The notes: generated from the sequence alone by a model not told the origin. A stretch of 64,000 bases of DNA from Verrucomicrobium sp. GAS474 (GCF_900105685.1 NZ_LT629781.1:3396611-3460610); one strand, 5' to 3'; counted from the stretch's first letter, positions 1-14,472 are shown. Program-made: numbers and translations.

Positions 1-231
1 GCGGCGGCACGTCGGCGCAGGGGTCTTCAACGCCATCTTCCTCCTGATCGGCTTCTACGTGGTCTGGAATTTCTTCCTAGCGCTGGGCCGAAGCGGCCGT
101 CTGCCCCCCTTCCTCGCCGTCCTGATCCCGATGCTCGGCTTCGGCGGCTGGGCGCTCTGGCGGATCGCCCGGATGGGCGGCTTCAACCTCCTGGAAAACC
201 TCCTCCCCAGAACCGAATCCGACGCCAAAGC

Positions 232-702
232 ATGAGCCTCCCCAAACTCGGCTCGAAAGCCCCCGCCTTCAGCGCCCCGACCCAGACCGGGGAGATCGTC
301 TCCCTGAAGGAATTGCTCCTTCAGGACAAGCCAGTCGTCCTCTTCTTCTATCCGAAGGACGATACCCCCGGCTGCACCGTCGAGGCCTGCAGCTTCCGGG
401 ACGCCTATGCCACCCTGCGGAAGAAAGCGACCCTCCTCGGCGTCAGCCCCGATCCGGCCGACAAGCACGAGAAATTCGCCGCCAAGTTCAAGCTCCCCTA
501 CCCGCTCCTCGCCGACACGGAGAAGGAGATCGTCGCCGCCTACGGCGTCTGGATCGAGAAAGCCCTCTACGGGAAGAAGTACATGGGCGTCGCCCGGACG
601 ACCTTCATCATCGATGCCAAAGGCAAGATCGCGAAGATCTTCGAGAAGGTGAAGCCCGAGGGCCACGCGGGGGAAGTACTGGCGGCGTTGAAGGATTTGT
701 AG
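232..702 (+). CDS. bcp: Thiol peroxidase / peroxiredoxin, Bcp type
   Basis: 156 aa; AhpC/TSA fold with peroxidatic Cys motif FYPKDDTPGCT and resolving Cys (EACSF); typical Bcp length. Confidence 0.9.
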   Translation: MSLPKLGSKAPAFSAPTQTGEIVSLKELLLQDKPVVLFFYPKDDTPGCTVEACSFRDAYATLRKKATLLGVSPDPADKHEKFAAKFKLPYPLLADTEKEIVAAYGVWIEKALYGKKYMGVARTTFIIDAKGKIAKIFEKVKPEGHAGEVLAALKDL

Positions 703-738
703 TCCTCGGCCGCCCCGGTGCGACCAAAGCGGCAAAGC

Positions 739-4738
<4,000 letters not shown>

Positions 4739-4750
4739 TCCCTGCTGCCC

Positions 4751-7700
4751 ATGCCCTCCCGCCACCTCCTCTGCGACAGCCCCGCCGACCTCCTCGGCAC
4801 GCTGCGCCTCCTGTGGCGGGGCTGGCGGAATCCCGGAGAGATGGGGACGCAGGTCACCCGGCCCCTCACGATCGTCTTCCCGACGCCGATCCACCGCGCC
4901 GCCTGCAAGCGACACCTGCTGGAGCACGGCCTCTCCCTCTTCAACGTCTCCCTCCTCCTGCCGAACCACCTCCGCACCCGGCTCGGCGCGACGCTCCTGG
5001 CGGCCCCCGAACGCGCCCCGCTCTGGGGCCGGGAGGAGCTCGACTTCCTCCTGCGGGAAACCGCCGCCCGCTCCGTCGCCCACCTCGGCCTCGACGAGGA
5101 GGAGAACCCCGCCCCCCTCTGCCGCGCCCTCGCGCGGAACGCAGCCCCGCTCCGCACCGCCCTCGACGAGCTGACCGTCGCGGGCCATTCCTTCCGCTCC
5201 TTCCTCGCCGCCGAGGAGCGGGACCACTCCCACCTCGCCCCGCTCCGCCGCGCGTGGGAGGAGATCGAGGAGAGCATGGCCCCCGGCCTCCGGGCGAGGC
5301 GGGACCGCCTCGTCTTCGAGGCCGCCGCCGCCCGCCCCCGGTCGATCCCCGGCACCCTCGTCCTCTTCAACTGCGGCATCCGGCAGAGCGCCGACTTCTC
5401 CCTCCTCGGCGCCGCCCTCCGGGCGTGGGAGGAGAGCGCCGTCCTCACCCTCCTCGCCGCCGGGCAGGAGGAAACCGTCGAGGGGCCCTGGTTCGACCTC
5501 GTCGAGCAGGCCCTCCCCGGGGCCTCCTCCCGATTGCCCGAACAGGACGAGGCCTTCGCCCCGTCGTCCGCCCCCGCCGCTCCCCGCTTCCACATCACCC
5601 CCGGGGGCGAAGACCTCGCCCAACTCATCGTGAGGCAGACGACGGTCTGGCTTTCCGAGTCCCCTTCATCGGCAGCGCCCTCCCACGACAGCCCCATCGG
5701 CCTCGTCTTCCCGCAGGATTCGCCCGTCGCCTCCCGCGTCGCCCAGCTCCTCCGGGCGCGCGATATCCCGTTCCATTCCGCCTTCTCCACCCCCCTCCCG
5801 CTCCGCTTCGAGCAGGCGATCCTTGCCGACTGGATCGCCCTCCAGCAGGACGACCTCTGGGCCGAGCCCTTCCTCCTCTTCTGGCGGAAAGTCATCACGA
5901 TCCGGGCCTTCGCCGACCGCTTCGGCGAGCCCCAGCTCTGGGGCGGCGAACTCGGCCGCGCCCTCGCCGAGGCCTACACCCGGATGCCGAACGACCACGT
6001 CGCCGTCCTCGCCGCCGTCGCCGCCCAGCGGAAGCCCCTCCCCGCCCTCGACAAGTTCCTGAAATGGTGGAACGGCCCCCAGGGCGAAGGGCGCTGGCCC
6101 GCCGAGGCCCCCCTGCGAGACTACCTCGACCGCCTCTCCGCGCAGCTCGACCTCCTCGTCGGCCCCCTCGGGAAGCAGATCCGGGGCTTCCTCTCGCGGG
6201 AGTTGACCCGCCTCGCCTCCGAGTGGCGGCGGCCCGTCAGCCGCGAGGCGGCGTGCAGCCTCCTCCTCTCCTTCGTCACCCGGAGGGAGGAGACGCGGGA
6301 CGCCTCCGAATGGGCCCCCGTCCACCTCCTCTCCCCCGAGGCGGCGCGCGGCCTCCCGTGGCGACGCCTCCTCCTCGCCGAAGTCACCGAGCGCCAGTGG
6401 CCCCGGCCCGACGCGGGGAAGAGCGGTTCCTCCCCCCTCCTCTCCGACGCCCTCCGGGAGCGGCTCAACGCCCAGGTCCGCCGCCCCTCCCCCTCCGGCG
6501 AGGGCGCGGGGAAGAGCGAGGAAAGCTACCTTCCCGGCACCGCCCCCCTGCTGACCGGCCTCGTCCACGCCCACCTGGAACGGGAAACCTTCGCCGCCCT
6601 CCTCGACGGCGGGGCCGAGGAAATCGTCCTCTGCAGCGCCGCCGCCAACGAGATCGACGGCGCGCGGGAACTCCACCCCTCCGAGTTCTTCCGCCAGGCC
6701 TGGGAGGCGCATCGCGGCCCCTGGAACGACGGCCTCCCCGCCCTCCTCCTGAAGGCTGCCGATATGAAGGCGGCCGATCCGACGCCCGCCCGCCCATCGA
6801 CCGATTCCCCCGCCCTCGATGCGGTCGCCCAGGCCCGCCGCGCGCGGACCGATCCGCAAACCGCCTTCAACGAATTCTCCTTCCTCCTCCGCTCCGGCCC
6901 CGGGAAGCCCAACCCCCTTGCGGAGATCACCGCCCGCGCCGCCGAGGCGACCCTCCGGGACCCGGCGACCGCCTGGTTCGCCCACGCCCTCCGCCTCGAC
7001 GCGAACGAGCGGGAGCGCCCCGAATGGACCGAGGAAAGCCGCTGGGCACTTTTCCAGGGAAACCTCCTCCACCGCCTCATCGAGCAATCGATCACCCGCC
7101 TCCGGCCCGCGACCGCCGAGGGATTGCATCTGGGCTCCCGCTGGATCCCGATCCCCGAAATCGCCGCGTGGGACGCCGCCCTCGCCGCCTCCCTCGCCGA
7201 GGGCGAGGCCGAACTCCGGCGCGCCTTCACCGCCGCCCGGCGGGAGCCCCCCCGCTGGTGGAGGAGCGAATGGCAGCGCCTCGCCACCCACGTCGGCCAG
7301 CTCGCCCGGAAATGCCGCGCCCAGCTCCCCGCCGCCTTCACCCACATCGCCGTCGAGATCCCCCTGACGCCGCCCCTTTCCGATTCCGCGGGCGGCGGCG
7401 AGTCCGTCCTCCCGCCGCTGTTGTGGAAGGGGAAAGCCGACCTCGTCGCCCTCGACGCCCCGACCCCGGAGGAGGCGACCCGCGCCGTCGTCATCGACTT
7501 CAAGACCGGCGAGAACGCCAGGGACTTCTCCCCCGGGGAGACCGCGCGGGAGGGGACCTACTTCCAGCTCGTCGTCTACGCCGCCCTCCTCCGCGCCACC
7601 TGGCCCCACCTCCGCGAGACCCACGCCCTCGTCCTCCACCGCGGGGCCGAGGAACCGGCCGCCCCCGTCGAGGTCGATCCCGCCGATCCCGCCTTCGCCC

Positions 7701-7891
7701 CCCTCTGGGCCGTCCTCCGCGAGGCGTGGATCGAGGGCCGGTGGGGCCAGTTCCTCGCGCTCCGGGAACGGTTCACCCAGAAAAAGGCGGTCCCCCTCGC
7801 CCTCCTCGACATTCCGGCGAAGACCCTCGCGGCCAAGTGGGCGCGGACTCCCGGCCTCTCCGTCTGGGAGCGGGGCAAGAAATCGGCGTAA
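4751..7891 (+). CDS. PD-(D/E)XK nuclease superfamily protein, AddB/RecB-like nuclease domain with long helical N-terminal region and no Walker A
   Basis: 1046 aa; C-terminal RecB-family nuclease motifs (GKADLVALD ... DFKTGE ... YFQLVVYAALL); no recognisable P-loop; the start lies 13 bp after the ligA stop, so the two are probably one operon. Confidence 0.6.
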   Translation: MPSRHLLCDSPADLLGTLRLLWRGWRNPGEMGTQVTRPLTIVFPTPIHRAACKRHLLEHGLSLFNVSLLLPNHLRTRLGATLLAAPERAPLWGREELDFLLRETAARSVAHLGLDEEENPAPLCRALARNAAPLRTALDELTVAGHSFRSFLAAEERDHSHLAPLRRAWEEIEESMAPGLRARRDRLVFEAAAARPRSIPGTLVLFNCGIRQSADFSLLGAALRAWEESAVLTLLAAGQEETVEGPWFDLVEQALPGASSRLPEQDEAFAPSSAPAAPRFHITPGGEDLAQLIVRQTTVWLSESPSSAAPSHDSPIGLVFPQDSPVASRVAQLLRARDIPFHSAFSTPLPLRFEQAILADWIALQQDDLWAEPFLLFWRKVITIRAFADRFGEPQLWGGELGRALAEAYTRMPNDHVAVLAAVAAQRKPLPALDKFLKWWNGPQGEGRWPAEAPLRDYLDRLSAQLDLLVGPLGKQIRGFLSRELTRLASEWRRPVSREAACSLLLSFVTRREETRDASEWAPVHLLSPEAARGLPWRRLLLAEVTERQWPRPDAGKSGSSPLLSDALRERLNAQVRRPSPSGEGAGKSEESYLPGTAPLLTGLVHAHLERETFAALLDGGAEEIVLCSAAANEIDGARELHPSEFFRQAWEAHRGPWNDGLPALLLKAADMKAADPTPARPSTDSPALDAVAQARRARTDPQTAFNEFSFLLRSGPGKPNPLAEITARAAEATLRDPATAWFAHALRLDANERERPEWTEESRWALFQGNLLHRLIEQSITRLRPATAEGLHLGSRWIPIPEIAAWDAALAASLAEGEAELRRAFTAARREPPRWWRSEWQRLATHVGQLARKCRAQLPAAFTHIAVEIPLTPPLSDSAGGGESVLPPLLWKGKADLVALDAPTPEEATRAVVIDFKTGENARDFSPGETAREGTYFQLVVYAALLRATWPHLRETHALVLHRGAEEPAAPVEVDPADPAFAPLWAVLREAWIEGRWGQFLALRERFTQKKAVPLALLDIPAKTLAAKWARTPGLSVWERGKKSA

Positions 7892-7948
7892 CAAAGCGGG
7901 GCCCCTCGCGTCAGGCAGTCCAATCGCCCCATTTCCAAACGTCGACCC

Positions 7949-9076
7949 ATGCCCGAACTCGAAGCCACTCCGGTCTCCTCCATCCTCCTTCAACGCGAGG
8001 CCGCCGCCCTTTCCAGCGCCGTCTTCGCCTACGGCAGCCCCTGCAACAACTTCCACGGCCAGCTCGTCCTCCGGCCCGGCGGCACCTTCTACGGCTACCG
8101 TCCGCCCCACGTCATCCGATGGGCGCTCGAGGAAAAAGAGGACGGGATCGACCTCATCCTGATCGACGAAGGCGGGAAGGTCGTCAGCCGCTTCCGGCGC
8201 GAGGGGCGCACCTGGTCCGGCACCCTGGAAAACCACCGCTGGCCCCTCCTCTTCGCCCCCCTTCTGGAGAACGACGCCCCCCTTCCCTCCCCGGCCTGCC
8301 CGCTCCCGCCCCTCCTCATCAACAGCATCCCGAAGAGCGGCACCTACTTCCTCGAAAAGGCCCTCGCCTCCGTCGGCTGGCACAGCCTCCGCCTCCACCT
8401 CGGCCACGGCATCGTCGACGACTACCGGGGCCTGCCCGACGAACACCTCCACGTGAACCCCTACCGGGTCCGCCTCGCCTGCGACGAAGACCTCATCGCC
8501 GCGATCCTCCACCCCGGCCAGCTCCTCGTCGGCCATCTCGGCAAGGAAGCGGAGACCGAAAGGATCGCCCGCCTCGGGATCAAGACCCTCCCCTGCGTCC
8601 GCAACCTGCGGGACATCCTCGTCAGCCTCTACCGCTTCAAGCTCAACAAAGTCCACCCCCTCGACATCAAGGACGCCCTCTGGCGCAAGGCGGGCGACCT
8701 CGACCGCTTCTCTCTCTTCCTCGACGCCTTCCGGGACCACGACCTCCACTTCATCGGCGACATGGCCGCCACGCTCCTGGCCCAGGCCGAGGCCGCCCAT
8801 CCCGGCGTCGATTCGTTCCTCCGCTACGAGGAGCTTGAAAACGGCCTCCTTTCGCCCTTCTGGCGCAAGGAATTCGAGAACATCGCCCCCGGCCTCGCCG
8901 TCACCATCCAGGTCGCCCTGATCCACACCCGGAACACCCCCACCCCCACCTACAGCGGCCGGCGGAGCCGGTGGCAGGATCATTGGACCCCTGCTGTGGA
9001 GGTTTTCTTCAAGGAGACGGGGCTATTGGAACTGAACCGTCGGTTGGGCTATGAGGCCCAGCCTTCCGGGTTCTAA
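7949..9076 (+). CDS. Sulfotransferase-family-like protein with extra N-terminal domain
   Basis: 375 aa; 5'-PSB-like P-loop (INSIPKSGTYFLEKAL) and 3'-PB-like motif (CVRNLRDILVSLY) characteristic of the sulfotransferase fold; N-terminal ~120 aa unassigned. Confidence 0.45.
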   Translation: MPELEATPVSSILLQREAAALSSAVFAYGSPCNNFHGQLVLRPGGTFYGYRPPHVIRWALEEKEDGIDLILIDEGGKVVSRFRREGRTWSGTLENHRWPLLFAPLLENDAPLPSPACPLPPLLINSIPKSGTYFLEKALASVGWHSLRLHLGHGIVDDYRGLPDEHLHVNPYRVRLACDEDLIAAILHPGQLLVGHLGKEAETERIARLGIKTLPCVRNLRDILVSLYRFKLNKVHPLDIKDALWRKAGDLDRFSLFLDAFRDHDLHFIGDMAATLLAQAEAAHPGVDSFLRYEELENGLLSPFWRKEFENIAPGLAVTIQVALIHTRNTPTPTYSGRRSRWQDHWTPAVEVFFKETGLLELNRRLGYEAQPSGF

Positions 9077-9109
9077 ACCCTCCTGATTCGGGGTCCGGGA
9101 AAAGCGAGC

Positions 9110-10798
9110 CTACTTTCGATCGAGCATCTTCTCCGCCAGCGCCAGCGACTCCTTGTTCGCCCCGCCGAGCATCCGGGCCAGTTCCTTCGCCCGGGCGGCG
9201 CGGTTCAGCTCGGTCAGCTTCGTTGTCGTCCGGCCTTCCTTCACCGCCTTCTCGACGTGGAAGTGGGCCTTCCCCTGGGCGGCGACCTGGGGCTGGTGGG
9301 TGATGCAGAGGACCTGCCGCTCCCCGTTCGCGCCGAGGCGGGCGAGCTTCCGCCCGACCTCCCACGCCGTCTCGCCGCCGACGTTCGCGTCGACCTCGTC
9401 GAAGACGAGGACGGGGACCGAGTCGACCTCGGCCAGCGTCGTCTTGATCGCCAGCATCACGCGGGCCATTTCGCCGCTCGAGGCGATGGAGCGGAGGGGC
9501 TGGGTCGCCTCGCCGACGTTCGGGGCGAAGAGGAACTCGACCTCGTCGGCCCCGTCCGTCGTCGGTTCGGCCTTGGCCTTGAGGGAGACGTCGAAAACCG
9601 CCGACTTGAAGCCGAGGCCGCGCAGCTCCTTCGTCACCGATTCGGCGAGCGGCTTCGCCGTCTTCTTCCGGGCGGCGGTCAGCTTCTCCGCGAGGGCGGA
9701 GAGCGCCTTCTTCGCGGCGGCTTCCTCCTTCTCCAGCCGGGCCAGCGTCTCGTCGCGGTCCTCCAGGCCCTTCAATTCCTCGGCCTCGGCCGCGCCGGTC
9801 GCGATGACCTCGTCGAGGCTCGGGCCGTACTTCTTCTTCAAACCGTGGAGGAGCGCCATCCGTTCCTCGACCTGCCGGAGCCGCTCCCCGTCGAGGTCGA
9901 CCCGCTCCGAGTAATCGCGGACCGAGGAGGCCAGCTCCTGCAGCTCGGCGACGGCGCGATGGTTCGCCTCGGCCCATTGGACGGCGTCGGGATCGATCTT
10001 CTGCCAGGCCAGGAGGGTCTTCTCGACCTGCGCCAGCTGCCCGAGGACGGCCCCCTCCCCGTCGGTGACGAGGTTGAGGAGGGTCGACGCCCATTCGAGG
10101 AGCTGCCGGGAGTTGTTCGCCAGCTTGAAATCGCGCTCGACCTCGGCGTCCTCGCCCGGCTTCAGGCGGGCGTTCTCGATCTCGGAGACGCGGTGGCGGA
10201 GGCGGTCGATCCGCTCCGTCCGCTCCTTCTCGCTGAGGGTCATCGCGGCGCGGCGCTGGGCCGCCTCCCGCCACGCCCCGTGGGCCTTGGCGACCTCGGC
10301 GCGGAGCGGGGCCGTTTTCCCGTGGGCGTCGAGGAGGTGGAGCTGCTCCGCCGTCCGCAGGAGGGACTGGTGGTCGTGCGGCCCGTGGAGGTCGACGAGG
10401 AGATCGCCGATCCGCTTCAGCGCCTGGAGGGTCACCGCGCCGCCGTTGGCGAACTGCTTGTTCGAGAGGGAGGCGCCGGTCGCCCCGGAAGCACTGAGCG
10501 TCCGCTTCAGCAGCAGCACCCCGTCTTCGCACGGCTCCGCGCCGATGTCGTCGAGGATCGCCGCCATGGCGGCGGCCAGCTCCCCGGAAAGGGCGACCTC
10601 GGCCTCGACGGAGCAGGCCGTCTCGCCGGAGCGGATGAGGGTCTTGTCGGCCCGTTCCCCGGCCAGCAGCATGAGGGCGTCGATCAGGATCGATTTGCCC
10701 GCGCCGGTCTCGCCGGTCAGCGCGTTGAAGCCCGGCCCCATCTCCCAGCGGAGATCGTCGATGAGGGCCAGGTTTTTGATGCGGAGGGAGGAGATCAT
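9110..10798 (-). CDS. recN: DNA repair protein RecN
   Basis: SMC-like ATPase; Walker A GETGAGKSILIDAL, long coiled coil, C-terminal signature/Walker B (VLVFDEVDANVGG). Start taken at MISSLRIKNLALID. Confidence 0.9.
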   Translation of the reverse strand: MISSLRIKNLALIDDLRWEMGPGFNALTGETGAGKSILIDALMLLAGERADKTLIRSGETACSVEAEVALSGELAAAMAAILDDIGAEPCEDGVLLLKRTLSASGATGASLSNKQFANGGAVTLQALKRIGDLLVDLHGPHDHQSLLRTAEQLHLLDAHGKTAPLRAEVAKAHGAWREAAQRRAAMTLSEKERTERIDRLRHRVSEIENARLKPGEDAEVERDFKLANNSRQLLEWASTLLNLVTDGEGAVLGQLAQVEKTLLAWQKIDPDAVQWAEANHRAVAELQELASSVRDYSERVDLDGERLRQVEERMALLHGLKKKYGPSLDEVIATGAAEAEELKGLEDRDETLARLEKEEAAAKKALSALAEKLTAARKKTAKPLAESVTKELRGLGFKSAVFDVSLKAKAEPTTDGADEVEFLFAPNVGEATQPLRSIASSGEMARVMLAIKTTLAEVDSVPVLVFDEVDANVGGETAWEVGRKLARLGANGERQVLCITHQPQVAAQGKAHFHVEKAVKEGRTTTKLTELNRAARAKELARMLGGANKESLALAEKMLDRK

Positions 10799-10914
10799 GA
10801 CCGAAAAACGAGGTTGGAGGGACGGGGTTGCGGCGGGAGAGGAACGGGGTTTATTTAGCTCTTCCTCCCCTCCGTGCCAACTGATAAGAAAGGGATCATT
10901 CAGAGCGGCCATCC

Positions 10915-11757
10915 ATGACCCCCGTCACCGTCACCCTCCTCGGCTCCGGCACCTCCCAGGGGGTCCCCATGATGGTCTGCGATTGCGCCGTCTGCACCTC
11001 CGCCGATCCCAGGGACAAGCGGACCCGCTCCTCGATCTACCTCAATGACGGTGACGAGGGGCCGGACGGCACCCAGATCCTCGTCGACACCACGCCGGAG
11101 CTCCGCCTCCAGTGCATCGCCCAACGGGTCCGCCACGTCCGGGCCGTCCTCTTCACCCACGGCCATGCCGACCACCTCTTCGGCTTCGACGACCTCCGCC
11201 GCTTCTGCGAGCTGAACCGCGCCCGGATGCCGGTCCACGCCTCCCCGGAGACCCTCGAAGTCCTCCGGCGGACCTACGCCTACGCCTTCGATCCCTCCAT
11301 CGTCGTCCACGGCTATGTCCGGGCCGACGCCGTCCCTTTCCCGCCGGAGGGGGAGTCGTTCCGCGTCGGGGTCCTCGACGTCATCCCCCTCCCCGTGACT
11401 CACGGCCGGACCGTCACCCACGGCTTCCTCTTCCGGGGGACCGGTCCGCAGGCGGGACGGAAGCTCTTCGCCTACATCCCCGACTGCAAGACCCTCCCCG
11501 ACGCGACGAAGGCGGCCCTCCGCGACGTCGAGCGGCTCGTCATCGACGGCCTCCGGGACGAGGAGCACCCGACCCACATGACCATCGCCGAGGCCATCGC
11601 CGCGGGCCGGGAAGTCGGGGCCGGGGAGACGATCCTGACCCACCTCACCCACCACAAATCGCATGCCGACCGAGAAGCGGGATTGCCCCCCGGCGTCCAT
11701 GTCGCCTATGATGGGATGCGGTTTACCCTTGGAGAACCCCTAAAGCAATCGTCTTAA
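10915..11757 (+). CDS. MBL-fold metallo-hydrolase (PhnP-like)
   Basis: 280 aa; THGHADH metal-binding motif and additional His/Asp ligands (VTHG, HLTHH); N-terminal Cys-rich segment (CDCAVC) as in PhnP-type enzymes. Confidence 0.75.
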   Translation: MTPVTVTLLGSGTSQGVPMMVCDCAVCTSADPRDKRTRSSIYLNDGDEGPDGTQILVDTTPELRLQCIAQRVRHVRAVLFTHGHADHLFGFDDLRRFCELNRARMPVHASPETLEVLRRTYAYAFDPSIVVHGYVRADAVPFPPEGESFRVGVLDVIPLPVTHGRTVTHGFLFRGTGPQAGRKLFAYIPDCKTLPDATKAALRDVERLVIDGLRDEEHPTHMTIAEAIAAGREVGAGETILTHLTHHKSHADREAGLPPGVHVAYDGMRFTLGEPLKQSS

Positions 11758-11797
11758 TCCTCCCCCTTTTCCTGCCGATACACCGATACACACGACG

Positions 11798-13618
11798 ATG
11801 ACGCTTCCCCTCCCCCGGCTCCTCCTCCTGACGACGCTCCTCGTCCTCGGTCTCCCGCTCCTCCTTCCGTCCCCCCTCCGGGCCGAAGGCGGTAGCGGCA
11901 GCGGCGGCGGCTCCTCCGCGCTGAAGGAGCACCTCCTCATCGTCTACAACAACCTCTCTCCCGACAGCCTCTCCCTCGCCCGCTACTACGCCAAGGCCCG
12001 CGGCATCCCCGACGACCGCATCCTCGGCATCGACGCCCCCCTGGAGGAGGAGATCAACCGCGCCCAATACGAGAAACAGATCCGCGCCCCCATCGACGAC
12101 TACCTCGTGCGGAAGCGGTGGATCAAGCGGGCCCCCGGCCAGTTCCCCCTCGGCCAGAACAAGACCCTCGACGTCAGCCTCGCCATCGAGAACAAGATCT
12201 GGTGCATCGTCCTGATGAAGGGGATCCCCCTGAAGATCGCCCACGACCCCAGCGTCCAGGAGACCCCCACCGCCGTCGCCGAGCTCAACACGAACGCCGC
12301 CTCCGTCGATTCCGAGCTCACCCTCCTCCCCCTCCAGGGCCTCCCGATCATCGGCGTCATGCCGAACCCCTTCTACCTCCTCGGCTTCAAGCGTTCCTTC
12401 GACGAGCTCGACGCCCTCCAGATGATCCTCGTCGGCCGCCTCGACGGCCCGACCGCCAACGACGTCCGCCGGATGATCGACGACGCGAAGCTCGCCGAGC
12501 AGAACCGCCTCGCCGGTCGGGTCGAGATCGACACCCGCGGCCTCGACAAGGCGAGCAGCGGCTACTTCTCCGGGGACAAGATGCTCCTCGACAGCGTCCC
12601 CTACTTCCGCCGCGAGGGGATGGAGATCGAGGTCGACACCAAGCCCGACCTCTTCCCCGACAACCTCCCCTGGACCAACGTCGCCCTCTACGCGGGCTGG
12701 TATGCCGGGAACGCCAAGGGTCCCTTCATGCGCGAGGTCAAGGACGGCTCCACCAGCGAGCCCGCCTTCGCCAAGGGCGCCATCGCCTACCACATCCATT
12801 CCTACGACGCCGCCACCCTCCGCTCCGACAAGGAAAACTGGGCCGGCCCGCTCCTTGCGAAGGGCGCCGCCGCCACCATGGGCGCCGTCTACGAACCCTA
12901 CCTCGACTTCATGCCCCATTGGGACGACTTCTCCCGCCGCATCCTCGACGGGGAGAGCTTCATCGAGGCCGGTTACGGCTCCCAGAAAGTCCTCTCCTGG
13001 ATGACCACCTTCGTCGGCGACCCCCTCTACACCCCCTTCGGCCTTCCCACCGACAAAGCCATCGCCGTCAGCGGCCCCGGCAAGCACCGCGACCTCCTCC
13101 TCATCCAGTCCCTCCGCCGCCAGCTCAACGCCGCCGGCAGCGCCGAGGACGACACCGACAACCTTAATGACCTCAAGGAACGGCTGAAGACCGTCGCCCA
13201 GGACCCGAAGCTGACCACCGCCGGATGGGAAGGCTACGGCGACCTCATGAGCGACCCCCGCCTCCTCCCGGCGAACACCACCGTCGCCCAGGCCTACGAG
13301 AAGGCCTTCAACACCGCGACCAGCCTCGAAGACCAGGAGCGGACCAACCTCAAGGCCGCCAAGGCCTATCAGAACCGCTTCCGCCTGAAGGACGCCAAGC
13401 GGGTCCTCCTCCTCCAGCTCAACCGCTACCCGAACGAGTCGGTCTACTACGGCCTCATGGACTACTACAAGCAGGTCATGAACTCCGACGGGATTCCCAG
13501 CGCCGCCGGGAACACCTCGGCCCCCAGCCTCTCCGGGACCGCCCTGCCCCCTGCCGTTGCGCCTTCGGCCGCTCCGGCGATCTCGAGCCCGGCGCTGGCG
13601 AAGCCCGAGGCGCCCTAG
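11798..13618 (+). CDS. Secreted hypothetical protein (signal peptide, Gly/Ser linker, ~520 aa globular domain, Pro/Ala-rich C-terminal tail)
   Basis: 606 aa; clear N-terminal signal peptide (MTLPLPRLLLLTTLLVLGLPLLLPSPLRA); good coding periodicity and codon usage; no motif I can assign. Confidence 0.6.
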   Translation: MTLPLPRLLLLTTLLVLGLPLLLPSPLRAEGGSGSGGGSSALKEHLLIVYNNLSPDSLSLARYYAKARGIPDDRILGIDAPLEEEINRAQYEKQIRAPIDDYLVRKRWIKRAPGQFPLGQNKTLDVSLAIENKIWCIVLMKGIPLKIAHDPSVQETPTAVAELNTNAASVDSELTLLPLQGLPIIGVMPNPFYLLGFKRSFDELDALQMILVGRLDGPTANDVRRMIDDAKLAEQNRLAGRVEIDTRGLDKASSGYFSGDKMLLDSVPYFRREGMEIEVDTKPDLFPDNLPWTNVALYAGWYAGNAKGPFMREVKDGSTSEPAFAKGAIAYHIHSYDAATLRSDKENWAGPLLAKGAAATMGAVYEPYLDFMPHWDDFSRRILDGESFIEAGYGSQKVLSWMTTFVGDPLYTPFGLPTDKAIAVSGPGKHRDLLLIQSLRRQLNAAGSAEDDTDNLNDLKERLKTVAQDPKLTTAGWEGYGDLMSDPRLLPANTTVAQAYEKAFNTATSLEDQERTNLKAAKAYQNRFRLKDAKRVLLLQLNRYPNESVYYGLMDYYKQVMNSDGIPSAAGNTSAPSLSGTALPPAVAPSAAPAISSPALAKPEAP

Positions 13619-13650
13619 CTTTCCGTCCGATCAGGTCTTACGTTAGCGCC

Positions 13651-14472
13651 ATGCTGATCGACACCCACGCCCACCTCGATTACCCCGACTTTGCTCCCGA
13701 CTTCGATGCCGTCCTGGCGCGGTCGAAGGAAGCCGGGGTCACCGGGATCGTCTCCATCGGCACCCGCATCGATTCGAGCCGCCGCGCCCTCGGCCTCGCG
13801 CAGAAATACCCCGGCGTCGTCCATGCCGCCGTCGGCATCCATCCGTGCGATGTCGGTTCCGAATCGCTCTCCCAGATCCCCCTCCTCCGCGAGATGGCGA
13901 AGGAAAAAGGGGTCGCCGCCATCGGCGAGACCGGCCTCGACTACTACCGCCTCCCCGGCGCGAAGGAAGCCCCCGAAGACCCCGTCCTCGCCGCCGAGAT
14001 CGACGAGCAGGTCAAGAAATGGCAGGCCGAGGTCTTCCGCGCCCAATTGGAAATCGCCGCCGAGGCAGGCTTGAACGTCGTCATCCACCAGCGCGGCGAC
14101 TGCTGGGCTGACACGCTGGCCGTTTTGAAAGACTTCACCGGGAAACTGCGCGGCGTCTTCCACTGCTTCGGCGGGAGCCCCGCCCAGGCCGCCGAAGTCA
14201 TCGCCCTCGGCCATCTCGTTTCCTTCACCGGCATCGTCACCTTCAAGAACGCCGAACTCGTCCACCAGACCGCCCGAGCCGTCCTCCTCGATCAGTTCAT
14301 GGTCGAGACCGACTGCCCCTACCTCGCCCCCGTCCCCCACCGGGGCAAGCGGTGCGAGCCCGCCCACACCCGCCTCGTCGCCGAGAAGATCGCCGAGCTG
14401 CGCGGCATCCCCCTGGAAGAACTCGCCACCGCCACGACAAAGACGGCGCGGGCGTTTTTCAGGATGGGTTAA
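13651..14472 (+). CDS. tatD: TatD-family metal-dependent hydrolase / DNase
   Basis: MLIDTHAHLDY start with TIM-barrel TatD motifs (HxH, ...IGETGLDY..., ...FHCFGG...). Start taken at the internal Met of ORF 13225..14472. Confidence 0.9.
   Translation: MLIDTHAHLDYPDFAPDFDAVLARSKEAGVTGIVSIGTRIDSSRRALGLAQKYPGVVHAAVGIHPCDVGSESLSQIPLLREMAKEKGVAAIGETGLDYYRLPGAKEAPEDPVLAAEIDEQVKKWQAEVFRAQLEIAAEAGLNVVIHQRGDCWADTLAVLKDFTGKLRGVFHCFGGSPAQAAEVIALGHLVSFTGIVTFKNAELVHQTARAVLLDQFMVETDCPYLAPVPHRGKRCEPAHTRLVAEKIAELRGIPLEELATATTKTARAFFRMG

Noticed and set aside
5666-8983. 1105-aa minus-strand ORF, with similar giant antisense ORFs at 2786..5623, 35529..38504, 45834..48425, 18480..19862, 27767..29503 and 30989..33025
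   Set aside because: Gly/Asp/Glu/Ala-rich antisense artefacts of GC-rich genes; no motifs, and each overlaps a confidently assigned gene on the other strand
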